From: Macrostomum lignano
Lineage: Eukaryota
Direction of reading: 5' to 3'
DNA length: 64,000 nt
NCBI GenBank assembly: GCA_002269645.1
Contig: NIVC01002072.1
Coordinates: forward strand, 1 to 64,000
The notes under the pieces are model-generated. The model saw only the letters and a program-made list of their open reading frames with translations, was not told the origin of the DNA and did not search any database. Positions 26,048-38,090 of the stretch are shown one piece after another; within the stretch, counting starts at the first letter, position 1; each line of letters starts with the position of its first letter. The position numbers and the translations under genes are program-made.

Positions 26048-29000
26048 GAATTCCTGCGTAAGCCACTGTATAAAACTTGATGATGAAAGCAGAATCCCGA
26101 AGTCCTTTAAAACAAAAAGTTTTTAATGGCACAAGTTTTTTTCAAGCAATATGCCATCTGACTCCTCGTTTTGTGAGCAGGTGAAGTTTGGCTTGTCCAA
26201 TACTCGTTCATCATCAGAGCAACGTGAAGAAGAGGCTAATTAAATTTGAGTCTACTCACGAAACGACCAATATTTAATTTTAATGGTAATTTTATTAAGA
26301 ACATTGAGAAACATATCTTTTTCCTTTGGTTGAATCCCAATCTGTGGAATTCCCTCCCTTGTAGAATCCCAATCTGTGGAATTCCCTCCCTTGTAGAATC
26401 CCAGTCTGTGGAATTCCCTCCCTTGTAGAATCCCAGTCTGTGGAATTCCTTCCCTTGTAGAATCCCAGTCTGTGGAATTCCCTCCCTTGTAGAATCCCAG
26501 TCTGTGGAATTCCCTCCCTTGTAGAATTCAAGTTTAGAGGAATTCCCTCCCTTGTAGAATTCCAGTTTAGAGGAATCCCAGTCAGCGGAAATCCCAGTCA
26601 GTGGAAATCCCAGTCAGCGGAAATCCCAATCAGCGGGAATCCCAGTCAGCGGAAATCCCAGTCAGCGGAAATCTTAGTCAGTGGAAATCCCAGTGAGCGG
26701 GAATCCCAATCAGCGGAAATCCTATTCAGTGGAAATCCCAGTCAGCGGAAATCCCAGTCAGCGGAAATCCCAGTCAGCGGAAATCCCAGTCAGCGGAAAT
26801 CCCAATCAGCGGAAATCCCAGTCAGCGGAAATCCCAGTCAGCGGGAATCCCAATCAGCGGAAATCCTATTCAGTGGAAATCGCAGTCAGCTGAAATTTTA
26901 ATCCCAGATTATCAGACCCGATTTGCCTTATAACTATAAGCTCGCAGTCGCAATCACTTCAACTGAGCGAAAATTTGCCTATCTAATACTCTTAGTAGTA
27001 TTAAACGCTGGGTTTCTGCCTCGAAAATTTGAACACATTAGATGCTCAGACTGCCGGTGGCCAAAGGAATCCGCAGACTCCCCTCAGCAGGCGCAACAAG
27101 CGCGCGGATACGTACGCAGTCATACGCACAGGCACTCACTCACACAGGAGTGTACAGCGCGGCCCGAACTTTAATTATCGTTAGGCATGTACACTTCACT
27201 GTGCCTTGGGGGCTGGCCCTCAAGGGCGTTAATTGCTATAGCCCACCTTTCTGATTGGCTGGGCTTGTTGCTACCCAGACCCGAAAAGCCGATCGAGATC
27301 CCATCAAACCTCGGGGAACCCAAGTCAAGTCCAAAAACAACATGAAAATATACACTGGATCGGGGATGAAGAGGAAAGTGCAATGGGATAGTTCGTAGCA
27401 AGATTAGGATTAAAACAATTATATGAAGTTACTTTAATGGGAAAAGAAGAATCTCAGCTGTAAAAAATGGTTGCTCAAGAAACGAATCTGGGGCCAATAT
27501 GAGAATTGCCCGCAATGCTTTTTCCTACAGCGCATTTAGCCACATATGGCAGATTTTGTATGCACTGCCTCCCAATTCTTGGTAAGTTTTAATAAAGGGT
27601 TTACCCGATCAAAACGCTTCGATAGTAACAGCTTATCAAATGCATATTTTCTCGAAGATTTTCAATATTACGAGCTAATTCATGCATATGCCATATCGCT
27701 TTGTCCCCTACATGTAAATCTCTGTAAACTACATGTAAATCTCTGTAAAATACATGTAAATCTCTGTAAACTACATGTAAATCTCTGTAAACTACATGTA
27801 AATCTCTGTAAACGACATGTAAATCTCTGTAAACTACATGTAAATCTCTGTAAACTACATGTAAATCTCTGTAAACTACATGTAAATCTCTGTAAACTAC
27901 ATGTAAATCTCTGTAAACTACATGTAAATCTCTGTAAACGACATGTAAATCTCTGTAAACTACATGTAAATCTCTGTAAACTACATGTAAATCTCTGTAA
28001 AATACATGTAAATCTCTGTAAACTACATGTAAATCTCTGTAAACTACATGTAAATCTCTGTAAACTACATGTAAATCTCTGTAAACGACATGTAAATCTC
28101 TGTAAACTACATGTAAATCTCTGTAAACTACATGTAAATCTCTGTAAAATACATGTAAATCTCTGTAAACTACATGTAAATCTCTGTAAACTACATGTAA
28201 ATCTCTGTAAACTACATGTAAATCTCTGTAAACGACATGTAAATTTCTGTAAACTAGATGTAAATTTCTGCAAACTAACATGTAAATCTCTGTAAACTAC
28301 ATGTAAATTTCTGTAAACTACATGTAAATCTCTGTAAACTACATGTAAATCTCTGTAAACTACATGTAAATCTCTGTAAACTACATGTAAATCTCTGTAA
28401 ACTACATGTAAATTTCTGTAAACTACATGTAAATCTCTGTAAACTACATGTAAATCTCTGTAAACTACATGTAAATCTCTGTAAACTACATGTAAATCTC
28501 TGTAAACGACATGTAAATTTCTGTAAACTAGATGTAAATTTCTGCAAACTAACATGTAAATCTCTGTAAACTACATGTAAATTTCTGTAAACTACATGTA
28601 AATCTCTGCAGGCTACATGTAAATCTCTTTAAACTACATGTAAATCTCTGTAAACTATACATGTAAATCTCTTTAAACTACATGTAAATCTCTGTAAACT
28701 ACATGTAAATTTCTGTAAACTACATGTAAATCTCTTTAAACTACATGTAAATCTCTGTAAACTACATGTAAATTTCTGTAAACTACATGTAAATCTCTGT
28801 AAACTACATGTAAAAGCAGTGCGGGCAAATCTCAGCGGGCAAATCTCGATGGGCAATTCTCATGCTCCCTGCTCAAGAAAGGAATTTCACATCGCCTAAA
28901 AATTTCCAAACATCCTTTTTCATAACGCCTAAACTTTATCAGTGTTGATTGTGGCATTGTTAATTAAAATATTAACGTCAAAACAGAAGTATTAAGATAA

Positions 29001-31046
29001 AAATATTTAGTAATTGGAAGTTTTTGAGATCTTATAAAGTCTAGTTATTATGATGGTAGTTTACTATGAAGTCCAAGTCTTCAAGTTACGGTCTAATGAA
29101 GTTTTGTTCATGTGAAATTTAGGTCTTGTAAAGTCTAGGTTAAATTTAGTTTGTGTGATGAATCTGGGTCTAATGCAGTTCAGGTGTGATGAATCTGGGT
29201 CTAATGCAGTTCAGGTGTGATGAATCTGGGTCTAATGCAGTTCAGGTGTGATGAATCTGGGTCTAATGCAGTTCAGGTGTGATGAAGCTGGGTCTTATGT
29301 ATAGTTTAGGTGTGATGAAGCTGGGTCTAATGTAGTTCAGGTGCGATGAAGCTGGGTCTAATGTTTAGTCTAGGTGTAATGAAGCTGGGTCTAATGTATA
29401 GTTTAGGTGTGATGAAGCTGGGTCTTATGTATAGTTTAGGTGTGATGAAGCTGGGTCTAATGTAGTTCAGGTGCGATGAAGCTGGGTCTAATGTAGTTTA
29501 GGTGTGATGAAGCTGGGTCTAATGTATAGTTTAGGTGTGATGAAGCTGGGTCTAATGTAGTTCAGGTGCGATGAAGCTGGGTCTAATGTTTAGTCTAGGT
29601 GTAATGAAGCTGGTTCTAATGTTTAGTTTAGGTGTGATGAAGCTGGGTCTAATGTTTAGTTTAGGTGTGATGAAGCTGGGTCTCGTGAAATTTATGCCTC
29701 GTAAATTTTAGATCTTGTGATGAAAAAAAGCGGAATTGATAGTTCAGGCGATTCAAAAGACGTTTCAATGACAATTTAAATTTCAACAGGTCTAAAGGTG
29801 AGCCTGGGACCTACTTATGAGATCAGGGTCAACGCGTCTTGTAATAATTAAACAACGTCAAACAAATATATAGGTTAAATATATATTTAAAAATGTATAT
29901 TAATGTGTCAATTTCTTATGTACATATATATAAGTTAAGTAAAAAAGTTTGCACAGATTCAAAGGCCACTATAAAAGAGTAGCATATACGAGCCTATTGT
30001 GGAATAAAAGATTGGAAGTGTTAAATAAAAAAATACTTATTTTTTTGTCAGAACAAATTCATAAAAGTTCTAATGTAATATCGTAGGAGGAAAAAATTGG
30101 AACGTCAAAGAATAAAAAACCTGAAGTAGGCACGTACAGTAATGATGAAGTTTAATGAAGTACAAAACCGCGTTCGCAGGAAAAAAATTAATAATGCTTT
30201 GATGCATTAGCACTAAACTATGCAGAAGAAAACGGAGCACGAATTGAGAAGCAAGTACGTCATTGGCGTTTCGCTTGAGTTTCATTTTCAGCGGCCACAT
30301 CGAAGCAACCTCAGGTGAGATGCTGTGTTAGGGCAATAAAAGCGATGTATTCATATTACGCTATAGATAACAAGTGAGTTAAAAAGCAAGTTCAGTTAAC
30401 AATTGTCGATCACGTGATCTAGATTAGCTAATTAGTAAATCACATGATCTATACTAGCTAATTAGTGAATTACATGATCCAGACTAGCTAATTAGTGAAT
30501 CACATGATCCAGACTAGCTAATTAGTGAATCACATGATCTATACTAGCTAATTAGTGAATTACATGATCCAGACTAGCTAATTAGTGAATCACATGATCT
30601 ATACTAGCTAATTAGTGAATCACATGACTCAGACTAGCTAATTAGTGAATCACATGATCCAGACTAGCTAATTAGTGAATCACATGATCTATACTAGCTA
30701 ATTAGTGAATTACATGATCCAGACTAGCTAATTAGTGAATCACATGACCCAGACTAGCTAATTAGTGAATCGCATGATCCAGACTAGCTAATTAGTGAAT
30801 CACATGATCCAGACTAGCTAATTAGTGAATCACATGATCCAGACTAGCTAATTAGTGAATCACATGATCCAGACTAGCTAATTAGTGAATCACATGATCC
30901 AGACTAGCTAATTAGTGAATCACATGATCTAGACTAGCTAATTAGTGAATCACGTGACCTAGTAGACTAACTAAATAGTCGATCACGTGACCTAGAGACT
31001 GCCCGAAGCATGGCCTAAGCCTGACATAAAAGGTCACTTCCCTTGA
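26048..31046 (+). CDS. Candidate micro-exon gene, 3' part: 26048-26057, 27531-27581, 29790-29797, 30292-30314, 30996-31046
   Basis: Each internal piece is bounded by AG and GT(A/G)AG. Joined, they read open: IPAAFSHIWQILYALPPNSWSKAATSKQPQRLPEAWPKPDIKGHFP*. AATAAA at 31063-31068. No homolog recognised and a second frame is also open. Confidence 0.3.
26330..26890. repeat. Adjacent 32-bp (gaatcccagtctgtggaattccctcccttgta) and 16-bp (cagtcagcggaaatcc) minisatellites
   Basis: Direct reading; both share the aatcccagtc core. Confidence 0.9.
27085..27310 (+). mobile_element. Dispersed repeat fragment related to 49830-49990 (probable LINE/SINE 3' tail)
   Basis: Shared cactcacacaggagtgtacagc...ggcatgtacacttcactgtgccttgggg...caagg.cgtt.attgc. 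Confidence 0.6.
27708..28813. repeat. 21-bp minisatellite (tacatgtaaatctctgtaaac)
   Basis: About 52 copies. Confidence 0.97.
29153..29683. repeat. 31/33-bp minisatellite (gtgtgatgaagctgggtctaatgtagttcag)
   Basis: Direct reading. Confidence 0.92.
30410..30990. repeat. 30-bp minisatellite (agactagctaattagtgaatcacatgatcc)
   Basis: About 19 copies. Confidence 0.95.
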
Positions 31047-34000
31047 CATAAAATATAAATATAATAAAACTAGCAGCACTTACAGCTCGACGCCGGATTG
31101 CCTCCTCGGAAATTTCCACAGAGATAAAGTACACAAGCTGGCGATCTTGCACACCAATCACATTGTACTGCATGCTGTTTAAGCCGTCCTCTTTCCAGCG
31201 CTTCTTACTCTGTTCCAGGTACTTGATTCTGGGGCAAGTGAAAGCAGTGTGACAACTGGTTATTTAAATTGAAAACTTGATGTTGCCTTAGAGATATTTC
31301 AAGATCTAATCTTAATCAGAACCTTCTGGATTGGGATTTTATCATATACTGTAGGATCTAGTCGAAGAAATGAGATTTGATAAAATGTGATCTTTGGGAT
31401 TTAAGGTCTAAGGATCTGGGAATAGGGATCTGGAACCAAAGATCCAGGATCATGGACCTGCGACCTAGAATATGAGATCAATGATCTGGAATCTAGGATC
31501 TGGGATCTAGGATTTCGGATCTAGGATCTGGGATCTAAGATCTGGGATCTAGGATCTGGGATCTAGGATCTAGGATCTGGGATCTAGTATCTGGAATCTA
31601 GGATCTAGGATCTGGGATCTAGTATCTGGGATCTAGTATCTGGGATCTAGGATCTAGGATCTGGGATCTAGGATCTGGGATCTAGGATCTGGGATCTAGG
31701 ATCTGGGATCTAGGATCTGGGATCTAAGATTTGGGATCTTGAATCTAGTATCTGGGATCTTGAATCTGGGATCTTGAATCTGGGATCTAGGATCTAGGAT
31801 CTAGGATCTAGTATCTGGGATCTAGGATCTAGGATTTCGGATCTAGGATCTGGGATCTAAGATCTGGGATCTAAGATCTGGGATCTAAGATCTTGGATCT
31901 AGGATCTGGGATCTAGGATCTGGGATCTAGTATCTGGAATCTAGGATCTAGGATCTGGGATCTAGTATCTGGGATCTAGGATCTAGGATCTGGGATCTAG
32001 GATCTGGGATCTTGAATCTAGTATCTGGGATCTTGAATCTAAGATCTGGGATCTAGGATCTAGGATCTAGGATCTAGGATCTGGGATCTAGGATCTAGGA
32101 TCTAGTATCTGGGATCTAGGATCTAGGATCTGGGATCTTGAATCTAGTATCTGGGATCTTGAATCTAAGATCTGGGATCTAGGATCTAGGATCTAGGATC
32201 TGGGATCTAGGATCTAGGATCTGGGATCTAGGATCTGGGATCTAGGATCTGGGATCTAGGATCTAGGATCTGGGATCTAGGATCTGGGATCTAGGATCTG
32301 GGATCTAGGATCTGGGATCTAGGATCTGGGATCTGGGATCTAGGATCTGGGATCTAGGATCTGGGATCTAGGATCTGGGATCTAGGATCTGGGATCTAGA
32401 ATCTGGGATCTAGGATCTAGGATCTGGGATCTAGGATCTGGGATCTAGGATCTGGGATCTAGGATCTGGGATCTAGGATCTGGGATCTAGGATCTGGGAT
32501 CTAGGATCTGGGATCTAGGATCTGGGATCTAGGATCTGGGATCTAGGATCTGGGATATAGGATCTAGGATCTAGGATCTGGGATCTAGGATCTGGGATCT
32601 AGGATCTGGGATCTAGGATCTGGGATCTAGGATCTGGGATCTGGGATCTAGGATCTGGGATCTAGGATCTGGGATCTAGGATCTGGGATCTAGGATCTGG
32701 GATCTAGGATCTGGGATCTAGGATCTAGGATCTAGGATCTGGGATCTAGGATCTGGGATCTAGGATCTGGGATCTAGGATCTAAAATCTGGGATCTAGGA
32801 TCTGGGACACAGGACTACAGCTAATTACAGGCGGCGCACTTACCGCTTCGGGTCGGCTTCATTGTGAGCATCCCTGTTGTGCTTGATCATCTTGTACCTG
32901 GCGATGCCGGGCGGGTAGCGGGCCACCTTATAGCCGGCCCAGGCCACGCGGAAGCCAAAATCGTCGTCCTCGGCGCCCCAGCCGAAGTAAATATTTGGGA
33001 AGCCGTTCATTTTCCGGTACTGTTCGGCCGTGAGGGCGCAGGCGCCGCCAAAATAGGCGCCGTAGGGCAGTTTGTAGCCGAAGCTGCTGATCTCGGCGCC
33101 AAGATGGCGCGGGTTGGCGCCGCAGCTGCAATACGAATAGGAAATTAAAATTGTAGCTAGTTGCTATTCAAAATCTCATCAAGTAGACCTCAGCAAGTGC
33201 CATCAAAATGCAGGCTTGCTGCAATTATCGCATTAGCTACTGGACTTAGACTTAATTAATGCGAATTTTCAACTACGCAATACGAGACGACTGCAAGTTG
33301 TTTTGTTTAAATGAAGGCCATTAAAATGCCTGAGAATGGCATAGACGCAGTTGAAAAGAAAATGAAGTGAGTATGTGTGACATGCGCAACCTCTGAACTT
33401 ACACCGGGCGTGCGACTTTGTTTGTGATTTGTGAATGGATAGGTCGAAAAATTAAGTAGCAATTTGTGTAGTGTATGGATTTCAATGTCTGGGTATGGAT
33501 GTAAGTGTCAGGGTATGGATTTCAATGTCTGGGTATGGATGTAAGTGTCAGGGTATGGATTTCAATGTCTGGGTATGGATGTAAGTGTCAGGGTATTGAT
33601 GTAAGTGTCAGGGTATGAATATAAGTGTCAGGGTATGAATATAAGTGTCAGGGTATGAATATAAGTGTCAGGGTATGGATATTAGTGTCAAGGTATTGAT
33701 GTAAGTCTCAGGGTATGAATATAAGTGTCAGGGTATGGATATAAGTGTCAGGGTATGGATATAAGTGTCAGGGTATGGATATAAATATCAGGGCATGGAT
33801 ATAAGTGGCAGGGTATGGATATAAGTGTCAGGGTATGGATGTAAGTGTCAGGGTATGGATATAAATATCAGGGTAAGGATATAAGTGTCAGGGCATGGAT
33901 ATAAGTGTCAGGGTATGGATATAAATATCAGGGCATGGATATAAGTGGCAGGGTATGGATATAAGTGTCAGGGTATGGATGTAAGTGTCAGGGTATGGAT

Positions 34001-35374
34001 ATAAATATCAGGGTAAGGATATAAGTGTCATAATATCGCTATACGTGTCAGGGTATGGATATAAGTGTCAGGATATGGATATAAGTGTCAGAGTATGAAT
34101 ATAAGTGTCAGGGTATGGATGTAAGTGTCAGGGTATGGATATAGGTGTCAGGGTATGGATATAAATATCAGGTAAGGATATAAGTGTCATAATATCGCTA
34201 TACGTGTCAGGGTATGGATATAAGTGTCAGGATATGGATATAAGTGTCAGAGTATGAATATAAGTGTCAGGGTATGGATGTAAGTGTCAGGGTATGGATA
34301 TTAGTGTCAGGGTATGGATATTAGTGTCAGGGCATTGATGTAAGTATCAGGGTTCAGATATAAGTGTCAAGGTATTGATGCAAGTGTTAGGGTATAGATA
34401 TAAGTGTCAGGGCATTGATGTAAGTATCAGGGTTCAGATATAAGTGTCAAGGTATTGATGCAAGTGTTAGGGTATAGATATAAGTGTCAGGGTATTGATG
34501 TAAGTATCAGGGTTCAGATATAAGTGTCAAGGTATTGATGCAAGTGTTAGGGTATAGATATAAGTGTCAGGGCATTGATGTAAGTGTCAGGGTTCAGACA
34601 GAATGGAATGCAATGAAAATCAGATGAAGCAGCAGCATGCACTAACCGATACATATTGTGATCATTCTCAGGCAGCAAGTCCACATCGTGAAATATGTAA
34701 CAGTAGGCCGGGAATATCTTGGCCGACTCAACGAATCCAATATTGAACAGCAGGCCGCGGTTGAATCGCGTGGTGCCCGCCTGTTCGACGACAAATATTC
34801 GATAGTCGAGCTGTTGCCTGCGCAGCAGCGGATGCAGACTCGACATCAGCAGTCTCAGGTGCGGATCCCGATTCCTATACGGCACAATAATGGCAACTCG
34901 TTGCCTAGCAACGCAGTGTTCCGGCTGGCAACCGCCGTGCCTGATGTAGGACAGGGTAGACTGCAGTTCGGCCCAGGTAGGAGCCAAACTCGGGTCAGAT
35001 TTCACGGGGATTTTATTCCCCAACAGGCCGGGCGGGTCCTCGGGACACGCAGGCAAATTGGATTTGGCCAGCCGGCTGGCTAGAGAGGCCGGGTCCGCCA
35101 GCTCGGAGGCTGTCGTATTCGTTGGCCTAGTTGGCCTTGCCGCCGCTGTTGTCGCCATGGCAACTGGCACTGCATCGGCTTTGTACTTGGTCCATGTGAC
35201 TGGGCCCAGCATAGATTGAGATGAACTAAACCAATTATGCAGCAGCCACAGGCCCATGAGGGCCATCAGTGCCAGGCAGACAGACCGAATGACTCTCTTT
35301 GATGCAAGGCAATTCAGCCAGTTCACGCTGACAGCGCCTGAGGCGCTGGAGCCACTGCTGGAACTTGGCGTCGC
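31015..35374 (-). CDS. B4GALT: Beta-1,4-galactosyltransferase/GalNAc-transferase family (GT7); exons 35374-34647, 33125-32844, 31228-31015 (or spliced at 31084)
   Basis: Type II TM anchor; VAIIVPYRNR, FNRGLLFNIGF, YIFHDVDLLP, YFGGACAL, NGFPNIYFGWGAEDDD, EDGLNS motifs. Phase-2 junctions match. No in-frame ATG before the TM segment in the large exon. Confidence 0.93.
31480..32805. repeat. GGATCT(G/A)-based 6/7-bp composite satellite in B4GALT intron
   Basis: ggatctg/ggatcta units. Confidence 0.95.
33474..34596. repeat. 20-bp minisatellite (cagggtatggatataagtgt) in B4GALT intron
   Basis: Direct reading. Confidence 0.95.
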
Positions 35375-35569
35375 CTGCACAGTTGGGTAAGTGGGGCGAA
35401 TACCAACTGTTAATGAAATGCTATTTTGCACTAGACGAATCTAGTTCTCTTTAAACTGTCTTATCCAAAAAATAAGTTTGAAAATGAACTAATGCATAGG
35501 ATTCTTGCAGAGTAAGCAATTAAGTCCTATCTCTGAAATTATTATCAAGCTATCAAGTACTAACCAACT

Positions 35570-35885
35570 TTTAATTATTAATAATAATTGATTACACCTG
35601 CCCCAATTAGACCATATGTGCAACCGATAGCTCAGCAGCAGCTATAGCGCGGCGCATCTGAAGGCTTCATAGCATACAGCTGTTCAGTCCAAGGACTGGG
35701 GGGTCGCCACACACACCCTCAATTACCCCAGCTAATGCTGGCATCCATTTTACAGCTGGCTGAACTGAAGCAATGCAGAATTAAGTGTCTTGCTAAAAGG
35801 ACACAAATTGTTCCAGTGGGATTGGGAATCGAACCCAGACCTTCAAGTCTTGAATCTGACATTTTAAGCACTAGGCTATAGCCCC
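35570..35885 (-). mobile_element. tRNA-derived SINE with CORE-like domain
   Basis: Minus strand GGGGCTATAGCCTAGTGCTTAA (A box), GGTTCGATTCCC (B box), tgtgtcc..tagcaagacacttaa (CORE-like), AT-rich tail. Confidence 0.75.
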
Positions 35886-38090
35886 TTATTATACCAGCTA
35901 CAATCCCCCATGTAAGTACTTTAATGGCACTTAAATGACTGAGTAATTAGACAATAAAATGTTATTAGAAAGGCTAAAACATGGGAATAAAGTTTAAACC
36001 ATAGTTATTTACTCCTTCAAAGCATTGGACTATTAAGATGCTTAACTATTATGTTTAACTGCCTGCTAGATGTCTAATGTTTTTAGGTCAGCCCAGGGTG
36101 GATAATGTCAAAAAAAACTGAAAGCAATATCCAATTCCTACTTCTGCTAAGCCTCCAAAATGAACTCAGCCTAGGCCTGAGCAAGTTGCCAGTATCTGCT
36201 GTCATTGAGCTAGGCTTAATAGACCTGCTAGCACTCCATATGCTAAGTTTTTCAACTTACATAATGCATTTAACCTAGTATCTAGGCTTGAAATTGTGTG
36301 GCTTTTATGAGTATCTCACTATAGCTAATATACTTGCTACCCTAGTGGGTATATAAGGTAGGGCATCCACTTTAACTTTAAGGCCTGTCATATTGAGCAA
36401 TGTCATTATAGAAGAATTTGGCACTAGATAAAATGTCTTTCAGGATGATATGTTGGCTCTTCTGCTCTTTTTTGTGATAGACTTAGAGTCAACTATGTGC
36501 TTTGTTAGTCCTTCTACAAAGATAGCAGCTATTGGCTAGTCCTATACAAAAGCTTTGATATTTTGCTAGCTATTTTGCTACTTACTCTTGCTTATACTAA
36601 CAACATTGCACTGCTCTGCCACAGCTGTAGTTGCTACCTAATCTCATATAGCAAAATAATATATCTAATTTTATAATCATATTTATACAAGTCTAACAAT
36701 GCTATTTATATAAGCAAAAATGCAAGCTACATTTGGCTTTCAATAACATATCTATATATATCTAATCTAGCAAATGTTCATTGTTCAAACTGATCTATTA
36801 CATGTAGATATGTTTAATGAATTCTGCCTATGCTGAAGATTTAGATTTTTCTAGGCCTAGGCCTAACTATAATGAAACAGACAATGAAATGGAAAGAAGC
36901 CCAATATATAATAAAATGTTCCACATAGGCCCTAGCTTAGGCTAAAAGTAAAACCAGAAAAAATAGCTAGGCCTAATTAATAAATTAGGAATAGTAGGCC
37001 TAATTAGGCCCCTATGACATTTAATGAAAGCCAAAATTGGTAAAATAATAAATTATTAATTATATTAAAATAATTGTTCATATTCAATCAAACAATACTA
37101 ACTAAAGCCCAAAGAGATTCTATCACAAAGTAAAAAATATCGGTGATGAGAAATACTGACTTTAATTTAAACTATCATTAGAATAATTAATTATATTATA
37201 TTATTATTAATATTATTTTATTAGGTGTAAAAATAAATAGATCTTTCTTTTTTAATAGCTTTTCTTATTAAGCATAGTCATATTAATAGCCATGACTATG
37301 GCAAAACGCTATGGCCTGCCCTCAGCGGCACAACACAGCTTAAATTACATGGCGCCGCCTTTGCTCACTACTTGTCCAAATTGTCTTGTCTTTTGCTGCA
37401 CTAATTAGCAAGAGAATTTGTGCCCTGTGCAAAAGTTAAAAAAACTCTATTTTAGTTGACAAATAAAAATACTTTTAAATCATAGTTAACAATTGACTTC
37501 ACGTAATTAGTGCAATCTGAAATAGCGATTTACGTTAACATACTTAACCCATTATTAAGATTAGGTAGTATTGTTTTTCTACGTCTTAAAATTGTTAAAT
37601 TTAAAATGGTTGATTCCAAGATAAGTATACTATTTTTCTCTTACCCACCTTATCTATAGATTCACCCGTCTGGCTTAGAAATTTTTAATTAGGAACGACT
37701 GCTACATTTACTAATCTTCCTTGTACCCACTTTAGCATTTTATGGTAACCCTCAAAGCCTTTTCAGGCAAAGTTCACTAGTTGATATTAGAGGACTAATT
37801 TATTTTAACATTCTTTAGTTTTGTAGACTGTTAGACAATTAAGCCCTTAAAAGTTCAAAGTGACATGATTTTTCAAGAGTAGACATCGATCCTAGCTAGT
37901 TTCATAGTAAAATCTTTGACTAAACTAAAGAAAAAGCACCCTTATGTAGCTATCCATAAGCAATAGGCCATAGCAGTTATACCAAATATAAATATTATCA
38001 ATTAGGGCCTATTCACATTGTATTTAAGGCACACCATATTTGATACTAGGGCCTAGAGACAAAATCTAAGGCAAATCTATAAGCCTAGTT

